A DNA stretch of 64,000 nucleotides from an uncultured Chthonomonadaceae bacterium (GCA_963817895.1 CAWFQB010000002.1:320001-384000), one strand, 5' to 3'; numbered from the stretch's first letter, positions 18,699-29,507 are shown. Notes: generated from the sequence alone by a model not told the origin. Numbers and translations are program-made.

Positions 18699-19496
18699 TT
18701 AATTTTGGATTAGCCGTATACGTACTAATGAACTGAGTTTGTCTATATGTTGTTCCATCTCGTGTCGTGTTCGCAGAATATGGGTGTCCGGTCTAACGTG
18801 TCCACATTCGTTTCGGAGGCGCGTATATAGCGTCTCCGCAGGGTACACCTTTCCCGTAACTACTGGAAAACGGTGGCTCGGTTCAAATGGCGTATCCGGC
18901 ATCTTATCTTGGATAAACTTGTCAACTTCTTCTTGACTTTCTTTATTCTGAGCATCTTTACATAAGATGCTCAGAATTCGGTAAAACGCTAAAAACCTAC
19001 TCTCTATATCAGGCAAAGCGAAAGCCCCATTGAAATCTTTGTAGAGTTCCTCATTTGTGTGAGAAGTCTCACTGCTCAAGAAGACAAGTTGGTCAGGCTC
19101 AAGAGTATGGACAGCAGGTTCAGAGGATATACGCGAACATTTTCCATCAACAGATAAGGTTCTTGAAATGAATATTTCCTTGAACTTTCCTGATGCAACG
19201 ACTGTATCCTCTTTCTGTGAAAGCTCAGAAATGTGATATCCGAATATAATTACTAGCCGTTCCCATGCCCGTAATGCAATTTCATTGCAAACTACGTAGT
19301 AGTCAGATCTGAATATTGCTGAAAAATCTGTCAAAGATACTTCAATGATGAGATTATTTTCCTCGCATCGGACATGAACAAGCACGTTTGAGTACCCCCC
19401 CGGCTTGTAGGATTGGGGGGCAATGTTGTGTTTCAGGGTGTCAATGATGCCAGCGTGGTAAATGACACTTCCATTGCAAATTGTAGGAACATCCAT
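18699..19496 (-). CDS. HEPN-superfamily protein (MauJ/ApeA-like), putative RNase
   Basis: RFLAFYRIL helix and C-terminal RLRNECGH (R-X4-H); low GC; AAGGAG RBS. Confidence 0.65.
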   Translation of the reverse strand: MDVPTICNGSVIYHAGIIDTLKHNIAPQSYKPGGYSNVLVHVRCEENNLIIEVSLTDFSAIFRSDYYVVCNEIALRAWERLVIIFGYHISELSQKEDTVVASGKFKEIFISRTLSVDGKCSRISSEPAVHTLEPDQLVFLSSETSHTNEELYKDFNGAFALPDIESRFLAFYRILSILCKDAQNKESQEEVDKFIQDKMPDTPFEPSHRFPVVTGKVYPAETLYTRLRNECGHVRPDTHILRTRHEMEQHIDKLSSLVRIRLIQN

Positions 19497-19620
19497 TAAT
19501 TACTCCTTTATATTCTCACCTGTCTCTACTTCCTTCTTCCGGTTCGCACTTCCCTTCGGCTTTTCGTCACTAACGCGGGTACGTTCTTGGTGCGATTCTA
19601 CGTCTGCGCGTATAATTGCC

Positions 19621-20493
19621 TTATTTCACAGTAAGGGAAAATATGCGTGTATCGAAATAGGTTATTCTGTGCAGTTGCAGGTTCTCCATACTCGTGTTTA
19701 CCATCCTTTGCAACCAGAGAGCAGCTTCTGAATAGAAGATGTATTTTGTCGCCATCTTGATAGTTCTACGATTGATTTCTTCCACTATCTGTCTGCTAGC
19801 TACATTGTAGCCATCTCTCAAATCATTGTCCCAAGTTGCATGGAGAGTTATGCTCCTAGATATTGGGCAGGTCAATTCAGATAATGGATTTCAAAATCCG
19901 ATACCCTCAGCAAAGGTAACAGGGTTGTCGCTGGTGACAAATCCCGGTTCTTCAGCATGAATGAGGAACTGCCATGTCATATCATTCAAGACATTAGTCA
20001 TTACTTCACTTTCTAAGTGCAGAAAGATGTCTGACGGTGGGTGAGAAATAGCATTTGCCTGAGCGACAATATTTTCTAAGTGAGGAAGAACTACTTTGTT
20101 GTAAACGTCTTCATCAAATTTCGACTTCATTTCTGCGGCAAGTGTAGCACTGGCAGACGCTATATGCTTCTTTCTGCGCTCCCGATGCTTTGGGACTCGT
20201 TTGAGCATGACACCTAGATAACGTGCAAAGATCAACTTTTCTTCCGCTGTTATCATTTGTTGTGCGCGTATCTTATCCAGAATAACATTAGCTGGACTCT
20301 CCACATTATTTGCTAGATGCGTCTCATATTTAGGAGTATAGAAATACCTTTCCTGAGCAACATTTTTTGTATGAGCGTCATAGGGGATTTTGCCACGTTC
20401 ATAGACCCATACACGAGGAGTTTGAGGTATACGGAAACCTTCTAGGTATTTCTGAGGAACATAATGGTGTCTTTCGGGTCTACCTTGAGCCAT
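19621..20493 (-). pseudogene. DUF4238 domain protein interrupted by an in-frame TGA at 19891-19893
   Basis: HHYVPQKYLEGF and FVTSDNPV; the same frame continues NPLSELTCPISRSITL...EEINRRT. Confidence 0.8.
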
Positions 20494-20839
20494 GCAAGCA
20501 TCCTTCTATATGTCTCAATCTGCAATGAAGCATTTGTATACAAATAGACAAAACAGTTAGTCTACAAGTTTCACCGCACTGCTCCTACTTCTCCCCGTCC
20601 CTCGGATACTCCCTCGGTTTGCACGCTTCTGCCGACTGTAGAAAACAGCCGCTTCATTCCTGCCTTACCTCCAAGTATCAACCCGCGTTCAACTGCCTGC
20701 CAAATTCCCGAAATTAGAGATACCTGATATTTCGGCTGCTACGGAAATCGTGATAAGTTCATGTAAAAACTTTCCTGACGTACAAGTCTCAGAAGGCAGG
20801 CGTTCCCTTTCCTAGTTGAGGGCCAATTGGAATAGGTTC

Positions 20840-22066
20840 TTAATCATTCTCAGGAATGGCAAAAGTGATTTCCACCTCTGCGCCGGACAGGTTGCCCCCA
20901 TTCCGCCACTGAATGCCGCCACACAGGTCATGTTTAGTGAGCGTTTCGATCAGCGTGGTTCCCAGATTGCCGTGCGTGGCAACGGCAAAGTTCGGCGGCA
21001 GGCCGGGGCCATCGTCACACACCTGCAACACGCAATGCGCGTCCTGAACCCGGAACGTTACCCGTATCTGTTTCGCGCCATGCTTGCCCGCGTTCAGCAC
21101 CAGTTCGTTGGTAATCAGCGCTATCGAAGTGGCTTCCTTCACCGGCAGGTCTATCGCGTCCGAAGCCACTTCCGCCTTTAACTCCTTGCCGGACGCCGCC
21201 AGCGTCACCAGTTTTTGCAGCATCGGCTGAATGGCGACCCGATTGGCATGGTGTTCATGGCTCAAAAAGTCGTGTACGGCGGCAACCGTCCGCACCTGCT
21301 GATAAATATCGTCCAGTATCCGGGCGGGTATCTGCTCCCCATGCTCCTGCCGGTTCATATCAATCAGCGCGCCAATCGTTTGCAGGTTGTTCTTGACGCG
21401 GTGATTCGTCTCCTTTACCGCCACTTCCAGCCGATCCGCGTTTTTCGAGGCTTCTCCCAATGCCCGATGCAACGCGACCACATTCCGCCACGCCATTAGC
21501 CCCAGCAACACGCATACCACGCCCAAACCGCCCATCGTTGCCAGCGCCCCCTGCTCCCATTCGCGCACCTGCTTCCTCAGTTCGCTTGTCTGCCGCTTGA
21601 GGTCTACGCTCGCCGCCTCCATCTTGTCCAATCCCTGTTCAAACTGGACTTCGCCGGGCAAACTGCTGTCCATTGCCGTATCCTGAATCAACCTGTCGCC
21701 GTAAACGGTAAGCCACTGCTGCATTTTGCCCACGCCCGTCTGCCAGTCGGCAACCGCCTGCCCCGTCAGCGCCAACCGTGAAACCGCCTGCGCCGCCGTC
21801 TGCCACTCCTGCTTATGAAGCGTATACCGGACGGCTCTGGCTTTGTCCAGTGTAAAGGTATAGGTGTAGATGTCATTGCGCAGGCGATGCGTGGCGGCAA
21901 TAGTTTCATCAATACCCTCGTGCGCGGGAATCAATTGATTCTCGATATGGCGGTGGATCACTTCCATCTGCCACTGACTCCACACAGGAACCATCAGCAG
22001 CAGCAACAAACCCAACAGGGTAGGCATCACAGCGCCGACAATGGCGCGCGAAGAGGTTGGTTTCAT
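20840..22066 (-). CDS. Membrane sensor histidine kinase (HisKA_2/HWE type)
   Basis: Two TM helices; ETNHRVKNNLQ, NELVLNAGKH, DDGPG and NLG motifs. Confidence 0.92.
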   Translation of the reverse strand: MKPTSSRAIVGAVMPTLLGLLLLLMVPVWSQWQMEVIHRHIENQLIPAHEGIDETIAATHRLRNDIYTYTFTLDKARAVRYTLHKQEWQTAAQAVSRLALTGQAVADWQTGVGKMQQWLTVYGDRLIQDTAMDSSLPGEVQFEQGLDKMEAASVDLKRQTSELRKQVREWEQGALATMGGLGVVCVLLGLMAWRNVVALHRALGEASKNADRLEVAVKETNHRVKNNLQTIGALIDMNRQEHGEQIPARILDDIYQQVRTVAAVHDFLSHEHHANRVAIQPMLQKLVTLAASGKELKAEVASDAIDLPVKEATSIALITNELVLNAGKHGAKQIRVTFRVQDAHCVLQVCDDGPGLPPNFAVATHGNLGTTLIETLTKHDLCGGIQWRNGGNLSGAEVEITFAIPEND

Positions 22067-22340
22067 TAAATTTACAGCCCCACTCTCCACATGTTTCGCA
22101 GCAAGTTACACGTTCAATGCGAGACACATCAAACCATTTTGAAAATCATCGCGTTCCAGTCACTTATCGTACTTCTACAAACTTGGACAAGTGTTAATAT
22201 AGCGCCGGATGAGATTTTCTTTAGCGAAAACCCCGCTTGCTTAACTGACGACGTACAATCATAATACGTTCAAAAGCAAGCAGATAATTTTCGTATGCCG
22301 AGCTATAAAGTCGGACGCTGCCGAAACAAAGGGGTTTCTA

Positions 22341-22396
22341 TTGACTTCACTCCACGCGCAAGGTATACTAAACTATATCCGACAAGAATAGTCGGA
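22341..22396 (+). promoter_or_regulatory. suf operon promoter TTGACT-N17-TATACT plus palindromic operator TCCGAC-N7-GTCGGA
   Basis: -35 at 22341, -10 at 22364, inverted repeat at 22378-22396. Confidence 0.7.
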
Positions 22397-22425
22397 AACA
22401 GTTTGTGGCGGAGAACACGTTTTCG

Positions 22426-22893
22426 ATGTTAAGCATCAGCAAAAAAACCGATTACGCGCTTATGGCGCTCTCCTATCTAACGCGCATCGAACCGGGACGC
22501 GCCGCCAATACCAAAGAGATCGCGGAGCAGTACGACATTCCCGTAGAACTGCTCGCCAAAATATTGCAGCGACTGGCAAAGGAAAAAATTGTCGTGTCCA
22601 CTGCCGGCCCAACCGGAGGCTATCGTTTGGCGCGTCCGGCTGTGGAGATCAGCGTCGGCGCGATTATCGCGGTCGTGGATGGTCCGCCCGCTTTCGCGCA
22701 GTGCATGAAAGCAACCGCCAACAGTTGTGAACAGCACACAAAATGCACCATTCGCAAGCCGCTCGAACGTCTTAACGCGCGTATCCTGCAAATGCTGAAC
22801 CTGACTTCCCTCGCCGAAATCAGCGGCGACGAGACAAGCGCGACCTCGTTCCCGATAGTCGCGCAGTTAGGTCCCGCCCGACGAGCGAATTGA
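22426..22893 (+). CDS. Rrf2 family regulator of the suf operon
   Basis: SKKTDYAL, LAKILQRL, GPTGGYRLA and three Cys. Confidence 0.92.
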   Translation: MLSISKKTDYALMALSYLTRIEPGRAANTKEIAEQYDIPVELLAKILQRLAKEKIVVSTAGPTGGYRLARPAVEISVGAIIAVVDGPPAFAQCMKATANSCEQHTKCTIRKPLERLNARILQMLNLTSLAEISGDETSATSFPIVAQLGPARRAN

Positions 22894-22983
22894 CGATTTT
22901 TGATTGTGGATTGACGATTAAACATAAAGTTGTAGGGCGAATGACTTTCCCCTTACCACTTATCCCTTACGCGAGGATACCCA

Positions 22984-24433
22984 ATGACCGCTTTAGAAAC
23001 CATGGATCCCATTCAGGCTTCCATCAGCCAGGATTACAAATACGGGTTTATGTCCGACATCGAATCCGAGTTCCATCCCCAAAGGCTTGAGCGAAGATGT
23101 GATTCGACTCATCTCCTCCAAGAAGAACGAGCCGGAATGGCTGCTGGAATGGCGACTGAAAGCGTATCGCCACTGGCTCACGATGGAAGACCCGCTCTGG
23201 CACAACGTGAAAATCGCGCCCGTAGACTATCAGGAGATCATCTACTACAGCGCGCCCAAGCCCAAAAAAACGCTGAACAGTCTGGACGAGGTAGACCCGG
23301 AACTGCTGGAAATTTATGAGAAATTGGGTATTTCGCTGGGCGAACAAAAGCGATTGTCGGGCGTTGCGGTAGACGCCGTGTTCGACAGCGTTTCCGTCGC
23401 CACCACGTTCAAAGACAAACTGTACGATATGGGCATTATCTTCTGCTCGTTCAGCGAGGCCGTGCATAACCATCCCGATCTCGTCCGCGAGTATCTGGGT
23501 TCCGTCGTGCCGTATTCGGACAACTTTTTTGCCACGCTCAATTCCGCCGTGTTCAGCGACGGCTCGTTCTGCTATGTTCCCAAAGGCGTTCGCTGCCCGA
23601 TGGAGTTGTCCACGTACTTCCGCATCAACGCCGCCAACACGGGACAGTTCGAGCGGACGCTGCTGATTGCGGATGAGGGCGCGTATGTCTCCTATCTGGA
23701 GGGCTGTACGGCTCCCATGCGCGACGAAAACCAACTCCACGCGGCTGTAGTCGAACTGGTTGCCCTGAAAGGCGCGACGATCAAGTACAGCACCGTGCAG
23801 AACTGGTATCCCGGCGACAAGAACGGCAAGGGCGGCATTTACAACTTCGTCACCAAGCGCGGCAAAGCCTTCGAGAACGCCAAACTGACATGGACGCAGG
23901 TAGAAACCGGCTCGGCCATTACGTGGAAGTACCCAAGTTGTATCCTGCTCGGCGACAACGCGGTGGGCGAATTTTACAGCGTCGCGCTGACCAACAACTA
24001 TCAGCAGGCCGATACCGGCACGAAGATGGTACACATCGGCAAGAACACGCGCAGCACCATTGTCAGCAAGGGCATTTCAGCAGGCAAAGGCCAGAACACG
24101 TATCGCGGACTGGTACGCATCAATTCCGGCGCGGAAAACGCCCGCAACTATTCGCAGTGCGACAGTCTGCTCATCGGCGACCGGTGCGGGGCGCATACCT
24201 TCCCGTATATTGAGGTGAAGAACCCGACCGCGCAGGTGGAACACGAAGCTTCCACGTCCAAAATCGGCGAGGACCAGATTTTCTACTGCAACCAGCGCGG
24301 CATCTCCAACGAGGACGCCGTGAACATGATCGTGAACGGCTTCTGCAAAGAAGTGTTTCGCGAACTCCCGATGGAATTCGCCGTCGAAGCGCAGAAGTTG
24401 TTAGGCATCAGTCTGGAGGGCAGCGTCGGTTAA
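22984..24433 (+). CDS. sufB: Fe-S cluster assembly protein SufB (1-nt frameshift near 23075)
   Basis: DYKYGF...[28 protein letters not shown] and EHEASTSKI. Confidence 0.95.
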
Positions 24434-24444
24434 AGGAGATTGCA

Positions 24445-24867
24445 ATGCCATATCCCGAAGAACGCGCGACACTGCATCGTCTCATCAGAGAAGGACATGC
24501 AACGCTTGAAGACGAGCCTCTGCTTCTCGCAATCTATTATGCCTCGCAGATAGTTGCCGATGAAGAATGTTTGTTTGAAGTGGCTCGTAACTTTGGCGAC
24601 AATGACATCAGCGATGACCGTGAGATTTTCCAGATTCAGTTTAACCCGAGTGCTGGGCTTCCTTTAGCGCAGGGACATCGTCTGCGTCTTCTGCTGACGA
24701 ACAGCGTTGAGATGCGTCAGGCGCTTGGGCAACAATGGCCGCAAATTCAGGATTTACAGGCAGCGATTCAGAGCGGCGAGTACAGCATCTTGTTCCTGCG
24801 CGAAGCAGATGCCGAGGCGCAATGGTTTGCGGACGCTTTGACATTGCCGCAGGCGGTAGCAGCGTGA
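24445..24867 (+). CDS. Hypothetical protein, possibly a degenerate nucleotidyltransferase-fold partner of the HEPN gene
   Basis: AAGGAG RBS; GTGA overlap with the next gene. Confidence 0.6.
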   Translation: MPYPEERATLHRLIREGHATLEDEPLLLAIYYASQIVADEECLFEVARNFGDNDISDDREIFQIQFNPSAGLPLAQGHRLRLLLTNSVEMRQALGQQWPQIQDLQAAIQSGEYSILFLREADAEAQWFADALTLPQAVAA

Positions 24868-25406
24868 GGCAATCTGAAGCTTGGCTGCTGCAAATTGCCT
24901 CGGATTTCGCGGCGGCTGAACTGTTGTTTCAGAACATGCAGACAAATCCTGTACTGCGTTGTCAGGCATTAGCAAAATATCAACAGGTAGTAGAAAAGTC
25001 CGTAAAGGCGATGGTTCCGGCTGTTGAGGAACTTGGCATTCGTTTTATGACCGTAACGCGCGATCATGTTCCCGCAAAGGAAATAGACGCTCTTTTAAGT
25101 TTACGGCAGGCTATTCGTAACACGGCAGCCGATTACCTTGCGGAGAAAGTGCTGACGCGCAGGCGCAAATCACAAATACTTGCCCTGTGTCGATTGGCTC
25201 CGCAGTATCCTGTACCCGGGCAGGCATTTCTAAAGAATACGGAGTACCCATTCAATTCATCAGAATTCGATTTAACGATATGGACTGCGCCTGCTGCCAT
25301 GTCTGAATTCTCAGAAGAGGAAGTTCAAGCCGCCCGTGAACTTGCATGGACACTTATGCGCCATGTGAAGAAGTTTGTTTCAAGTGTGCGGCGGGGACGT
25401 TTGTAA
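24864..25406 (+). CDS. HEPN domain protein (PF05168-like)
   Basis: WLLQIASDFAAAELL, QQVVEKSVKA, TRDH, EYP and SEEEVQAARELA. Confidence 0.7.
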   Translation: MRQSEAWLLQIASDFAAAELLFQNMQTNPVLRCQALAKYQQVVEKSVKAMVPAVEELGIRFMTVTRDHVPAKEIDALLSLRQAIRNTAADYLAEKVLTRRRKSQILALCRLAPQYPVPGQAFLKNTEYPFNSSEFDLTIWTAPAAMSEFSEEEVQAARELAWTLMRHVKKFVSSVRRGRL

Positions 25407-25447
25407 AAACGCTTTAGCCAACCAGACTTAGGTAGGAAGGTTTGATA

Positions 25448-26233
25448 ATGACGATGCTGGAAATCCGCAACCTCAAGGCGAGGGCGGGCGACAAAGAGAT
25501 TTTGAAGGGCATTGACCTAACCGTAAACGCGGGCGAAGTCCATGCGATTATGGGCCTGAACGGGTCGGGCAAAAGTACCCTTGCCAGTGTGCTGGCGGGC
25601 AAAAACTCCTATACCGTTACGGACGGCGAAGCGCTGTTTGAAGGCGAAGATTTGCTGGAAATGGACCCGGAAGACCGGGCGCGGGCGGGCGTGTTTCTCG
25701 CCTTTCAGTACCCTGTGGAACTGCCGGGCGTCAACAACACCTATTTCCTCAAAGCCGCTCTCAACGCAATCCGTAAAGAACGCGGCGAGGAACCCCTTGA
25801 CGCAATGGACTTCATGAAACTGGTCAAGCAGAAATTAAAAGTGCTGGATATTGACCAGAGCCTGTTGCAGCGTCCCGTCAACGAGGGCTTTTCCGGCGGC
25901 GAAAAGAAGCGCAACGAAATTTTCCAGATGGCGGTACTCGATCCCAAACTGGCGATTCTGGACGAAACCGATTCCGGACTGGACATTGATGCCCTGCGCG
26001 CGGTGGGCGAAGGCGTCACAAAACTGAAATCGCCGGAACGCGCCGTAATCGTGATTACGCACTATCAGCGCCTGCTCAACTACATCGCGCCCGACTTCGT
26101 GCATGTCCTGATGGATGGGCGCATTGTCCGTTCGGGTGGCCCGGAACTCGCCCTGCGCCTGGAAACCGAAGGCTACAACTGGCTGGAAGACGAGATGAAG
26201 CGCGAGACGTCCTTAGTCGGCGCGGGAGCGTAG
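25448..26233 (+). CDS. sufC: Fe-S assembly ATPase SufC
   Basis: GLNGSGKST, GFSGGEKKRNE and LDETDSGLDIDAL. Confidence 0.96.
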   Translation: MTMLEIRNLKARAGDKEILKGIDLTVNAGEVHAIMGLNGSGKSTLASVLAGKNSYTVTDGEALFEGEDLLEMDPEDRARAGVFLAFQYPVELPGVNNTYFLKAALNAIRKERGEEPLDAMDFMKLVKQKLKVLDIDQSLLQRPVNEGFSGGEKKRNEIFQMAVLDPKLAILDETDSGLDIDALRAVGEGVTKLKSPERAVIVITHYQRLLNYIAPDFVHVLMDGRIVRSGGPELALRLETEGYNWLEDEMKRETSLVGAGA

Positions 26234-26248
26234 GAGAAAGCAAAAATT

Positions 26249-27586
26249 ATGACTACGCTTACCATACCGTACAGCATTGACGCATACCGAGAGGATTTTG
26301 AACGCGCCCTACAGGATGCGGCCGGAAACATCCCCGGTTGGCTACGACAACATCGGCAAACCGCATTCCGCCGATTCGCCGAGTTGGGCTACCCCACGCG
26401 CCGCGATGAAGAGTGGCGCGTAACGGACGTTCGCCCGATTGCCGACACGGTTTTTGCTGTACCCGAATACGCGCAGGGAAATGTCACGCCGGAACAGATC
26501 GGCGAACTGTTCTTTCCCACGTTTCAGGCCAACCGGCTTGTGTTTGTCAACGGACGCTATTCCGCCGAACTGTCGCATACGCGAGAATTGCCCGCTGGCG
26601 TTCGCATCGGCAGACTGCGCGACTTGGCGCAGAATGATCCGACCGGGTACGAGTCGGCACTTCAGTATCGCCAGAATAACAGCAAAACAGCGTTTACTTC
26701 GCTGAACTTCGCCTTTTTTGAGGATGGCGCGTATATTCATATTCCGCGCAATGTGGTTGTAACCGACCCGATTATGCTGATTTATGTGTCCAATTCGGCT
26801 GCAACGCCAACAGCCTCGCATCCGCTGACGTTCATCCACGCGGAGGAGAATAGCCACGCGACCGTTATTGAAACGTATATTGGCGTTGGCGCGGATATGT
26901 ATTTTACCAACGCGGTCACGGAAGTATCCGTTAGGGAAAACGCCGTTCTCGACCATATCAAAATCACGCAGGAGAAACCGGGCGCGTATCACGTTGCTAC
27001 AACGGAAATCGCACTGGCGCGGGGCGCGAACTTTACTTCGCACAATATCACGCTTGGCGGGCAGATCGTTCGCAACGATTTCAACGCGGGATTAAACGGT
27101 GAGGGCATCGAGTGTACGCTGAATGGGGTTTATGTCGCCAGAGACAAGCAGTTAGTGGACAACCACACGTCTATTGACCACGCTATGCCGCACTGCAACA
27201 GCCATGAACTGTACAAAGGCATTTTGGACGGGCGGGCGCGGGGCGTGTTCAACGGCAAAATTTTCGTCCGCGAAGACGCGCAAAAGACGGACGCGAAGCA
27301 GACGAACCAAACCCTGTTGCTTTCCAATGACGCCACCATCAACACCAAGCCGCAGTTGGAAATCTATGCCGATGATGTGCGCTGTACGCACGGCGCGACG
27401 GTCGGGCAACTGAATCAGGACGCGCTCTTTTATCTGCGCACACGCGGAATCGGCAAGGACGAAGCTCGTGCCATGCTCACCTTCGCCTTTGCCAACGACG
27501 TTGTGAGCCGCATCAAACTGGGACCGGTTCGCATGATGCTGGAACATCTGCTGCTGACGCAGTTACGCAATTTGGAAACCGTTTAG
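26249..27586 (+). CDS. sufD: Fe-S assembly protein SufD
   Basis: EEWRVT and TKPQLEIYADDVRCTHGATVG. Confidence 0.96.
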   Translation: MTTLTIPYSIDAYREDFERALQDAAGNIPGWLRQHRQTAFRRFAELGYPTRRDEEWRVTDVRPIADTVFAVPEYAQGNVTPEQIGELFFPTFQANRLVFVNGRYSAELSHTRELPAGVRIGRLRDLAQNDPTGYESALQYRQNNSKTAFTSLNFAFFEDGAYIHIPRNVVVTDPIMLIYVSNSAATPTASHPLTFIHAEENSHATVIETYIGVGADMYFTNAVTEVSVRENAVLDHIKITQEKPGAYHVATTEIALARGANFTSHNITLGGQIVRNDFNAGLNGEGIECTLNGVYVARDKQLVDNHTSIDHAMPHCNSHELYKGILDGRARGVFNGKIFVREDAQKTDAKQTNQTLLLSNDATINTKPQLEIYADDVRCTHGATVGQLNQDALFYLRTRGIGKDEARAMLTFAFANDVVSRIKLGPVRMMLEHLLLTQLRNLETV

Positions 27587-27657
27587 CCACGCATACATGC
27601 GGATGTTTAGCCGCGAATGAACGCGAATGAACGCGAATAGGAATGAGGATACAGGCT

Positions 27658-28929
27658 ATGACAATCACGATGGACAGGCCTATCGAAGCATTGCAAAATA
27701 CCGCCACGAGGCCGTATGATGTGCAGGCGGTACGGGAGGATTTTCCCATTCTGAACGAGCGCGTTCACGGCAAGCCACTGGTGTATCTGGACAATGCCGC
27801 CACTACGCACAAGCCGCAAATGGTGCTGGACGCGCTGAACCACTACTACGAGCATGACAACGCCAACATTCACAGGGGCGTTCATCTGCTCAGTGAGCGG
27901 GCCACTCACGCTTACGAGCAGGCGCGGGTGAAGGTTCAGAAGTTTCTCAATGCGGCAAAATCCAGTGAGATAATCTACGTTCGTAATGCTACTGAGGGCA
28001 TCAATCTTGTGGCGCAAACGTATGGGCGCAGGAACATCGGCGAGGGCGACGAGATTATCATATCCGCGATGGAGCATCACTGCAACATCGTTCCCTGGCA
28101 GATGCTGTGCGAGGAAAAGAGTGCGCTCCTGCGCGTAATTCCGATGAACGACGCGGGCGAACTGATCTTAGAAGAGTACGAAAAGTTGATTACGCCGCGT
28201 ACCAAGTTCGTATCCATCGTTCACATGTCCAACGCGCTTGGTACAATCAATCCTGTCCGGCAGATGATTGAAACCGCCCACGCGCATGGTATCCCCGTTC
28301 TGGTGGACGCGGCGCAATCGGCGTACCATATTCCAATTGACGTGCAGGCGTTGGATTGCGAGTTTCTCGTCTTTTCCGGGCATAAACTGTACGGCCCGAC
28401 CGGAATCGGCGTCCTCTACGGCAAGGAAGAATTTCTCAACGCTATGCCCCCCTGGATGGGCGGCGGCGACATGATCCGCTCCGTCACCTTTGAGAAAACC
28501 ACGTACAACGCCCTGCCCTACAAGTTCGAGGCGGGTACGCCGCATATCGCGGGCGGCATCGGATTGGGCGCGGCCATAGATTACCTGAACGAATTGGGCA
28601 TGGACAGGCTTGCCGTTCACGAGCATGAACTGCTGGAATACGGCACGGACGCGCTGCAAACGGTTCCCGGCCTGACCTTGATTGGAACCGCGAAGGAGAA
28701 GGCAAGCGTATTCTCCTTTATACTGGACGGCGTTCACCCGCACGATATGGGAACCATTCTGGATCAGGAGGGTATTGCGGTTCGGACGGGACACCATTGC
28801 GCCCAACCCGTGATGCAGCGGTATTCCATTCCCGCCACCGCCCGCGCATCCCTGGCGTGTTACAATACCAAAGAGGAAATTGACGTTCTGGTACGCGGCC
28901 TGCATCGCGTCGCGGAGGTAATGGGCTGA
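27658..28929 (+). CDS. sufS: Cysteine desulfurase SufS
   Basis: YLDNAATTHKP, SGHKLYGPTG and RTGHHCAQP. Confidence 0.96.
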   Translation: MTITMDRPIEALQNTATRPYDVQAVREDFPILNERVHGKPLVYLDNAATTHKPQMVLDALNHYYEHDNANIHRGVHLLSERATHAYEQARVKVQKFLNAAKSSEIIYVRNATEGINLVAQTYGRRNIGEGDEIIISAMEHHCNIVPWQMLCEEKSALLRVIPMNDAGELILEEYEKLITPRTKFVSIVHMSNALGTINPVRQMIETAHAHGIPVLVDAAQSAYHIPIDVQALDCEFLVFSGHKLYGPTGIGVLYGKEEFLNAMPPWMGGGDMIRSVTFEKTTYNALPYKFEAGTPHIAGGIGLGAAIDYLNELGMDRLAVHEHELLEYGTDALQTVPGLTLIGTAKEKASVFSFILDGVHPHDMGTILDQEGIAVRTGHHCAQPVMQRYSIPATARASLACYNTKEEIDVLVRGLHRVAEVMG

Positions 28930-29384
28930 TGTCGGAACTGCGCGATTTGTATCAGGAAGTGATTTTGGATCACAACAAGAAGCCACGCAACTTCGGCGCG
29001 CTGCCCGAAGCCAACCGCCACGCGGACGGCCACAACCCCTTATGCGGCGATCAGATTTCCGTATCGCTGAAATTGAACGGCGACACCATTGAAGACATAC
29101 GCTTTGAGGGTCAGGGCTGCGCCATTTCCAAAGCGTCCGCGTCCATGATGACGGCAGAACTGAAAGGCAAAACCCTTGCGGAAGCCGAAAGTATCTTTGG
29201 CACGTTTCACGAAATGGTTGCCGGCCCGCAAGAGTTGGAAGAAGAGGAAATCGAAGCGCTGGGTAAACTGGCGGTATTCTCCGGCGTCCGCGAGTACCCT
29301 GCCCGCGTGAAATGCGCCAGCCTCGCCTGGCACACCCTTCACGCCGCGCTGGAAAATGAAGAAATGCCGGTGACGACAGAGTAG
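28929..29384 (+). CDS. sufU: SufU scaffold/sulfur-transfer protein
   Basis: LYQEVILDH, NPLCGD, GCAIS and RVKCA. Confidence 0.95.
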   Translation: MSELRDLYQEVILDHNKKPRNFGALPEANRHADGHNPLCGDQISVSLKLNGDTIEDIRFEGQGCAISKASASMMTAELKGKTLAEAESIFGTFHEMVAGPQELEEEEIEALGKLAVFSGVREYPARVKCASLAWHTLHAALENEEMPVTTE

Positions 29385-29497
29385 GTGTTCAGGTGTTCGG
29401 GTATTCAGGACAATGCGAAAGTACCACGCTTGCCTTCGCGCGATAGGGCGTACAATTTAGTTCCTGAACACCTGAATACCTGAACACCTGAACACCT
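29383..29497. repeat. Inverted octamer repeat hairpin (AGGTGTTC)n ... (GAACACCT)n
   Basis: Seen directly. Confidence 0.85.
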
Positions 29498-29507
29498 GGA
29501 GTGCAAC

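Noticed and set aside
20570..20675. 28-codon minus-strand ORF with a GGAGG RBS at the islet edge
   Set aside because: Too short and featureless to support
22226..22340. Possible ncRNA (GAAAACCCC...GGGGTTTC pairing) between the kinase and Rrf2 genes
   Set aside because: No recognisable family; could be divergent promoter sequence
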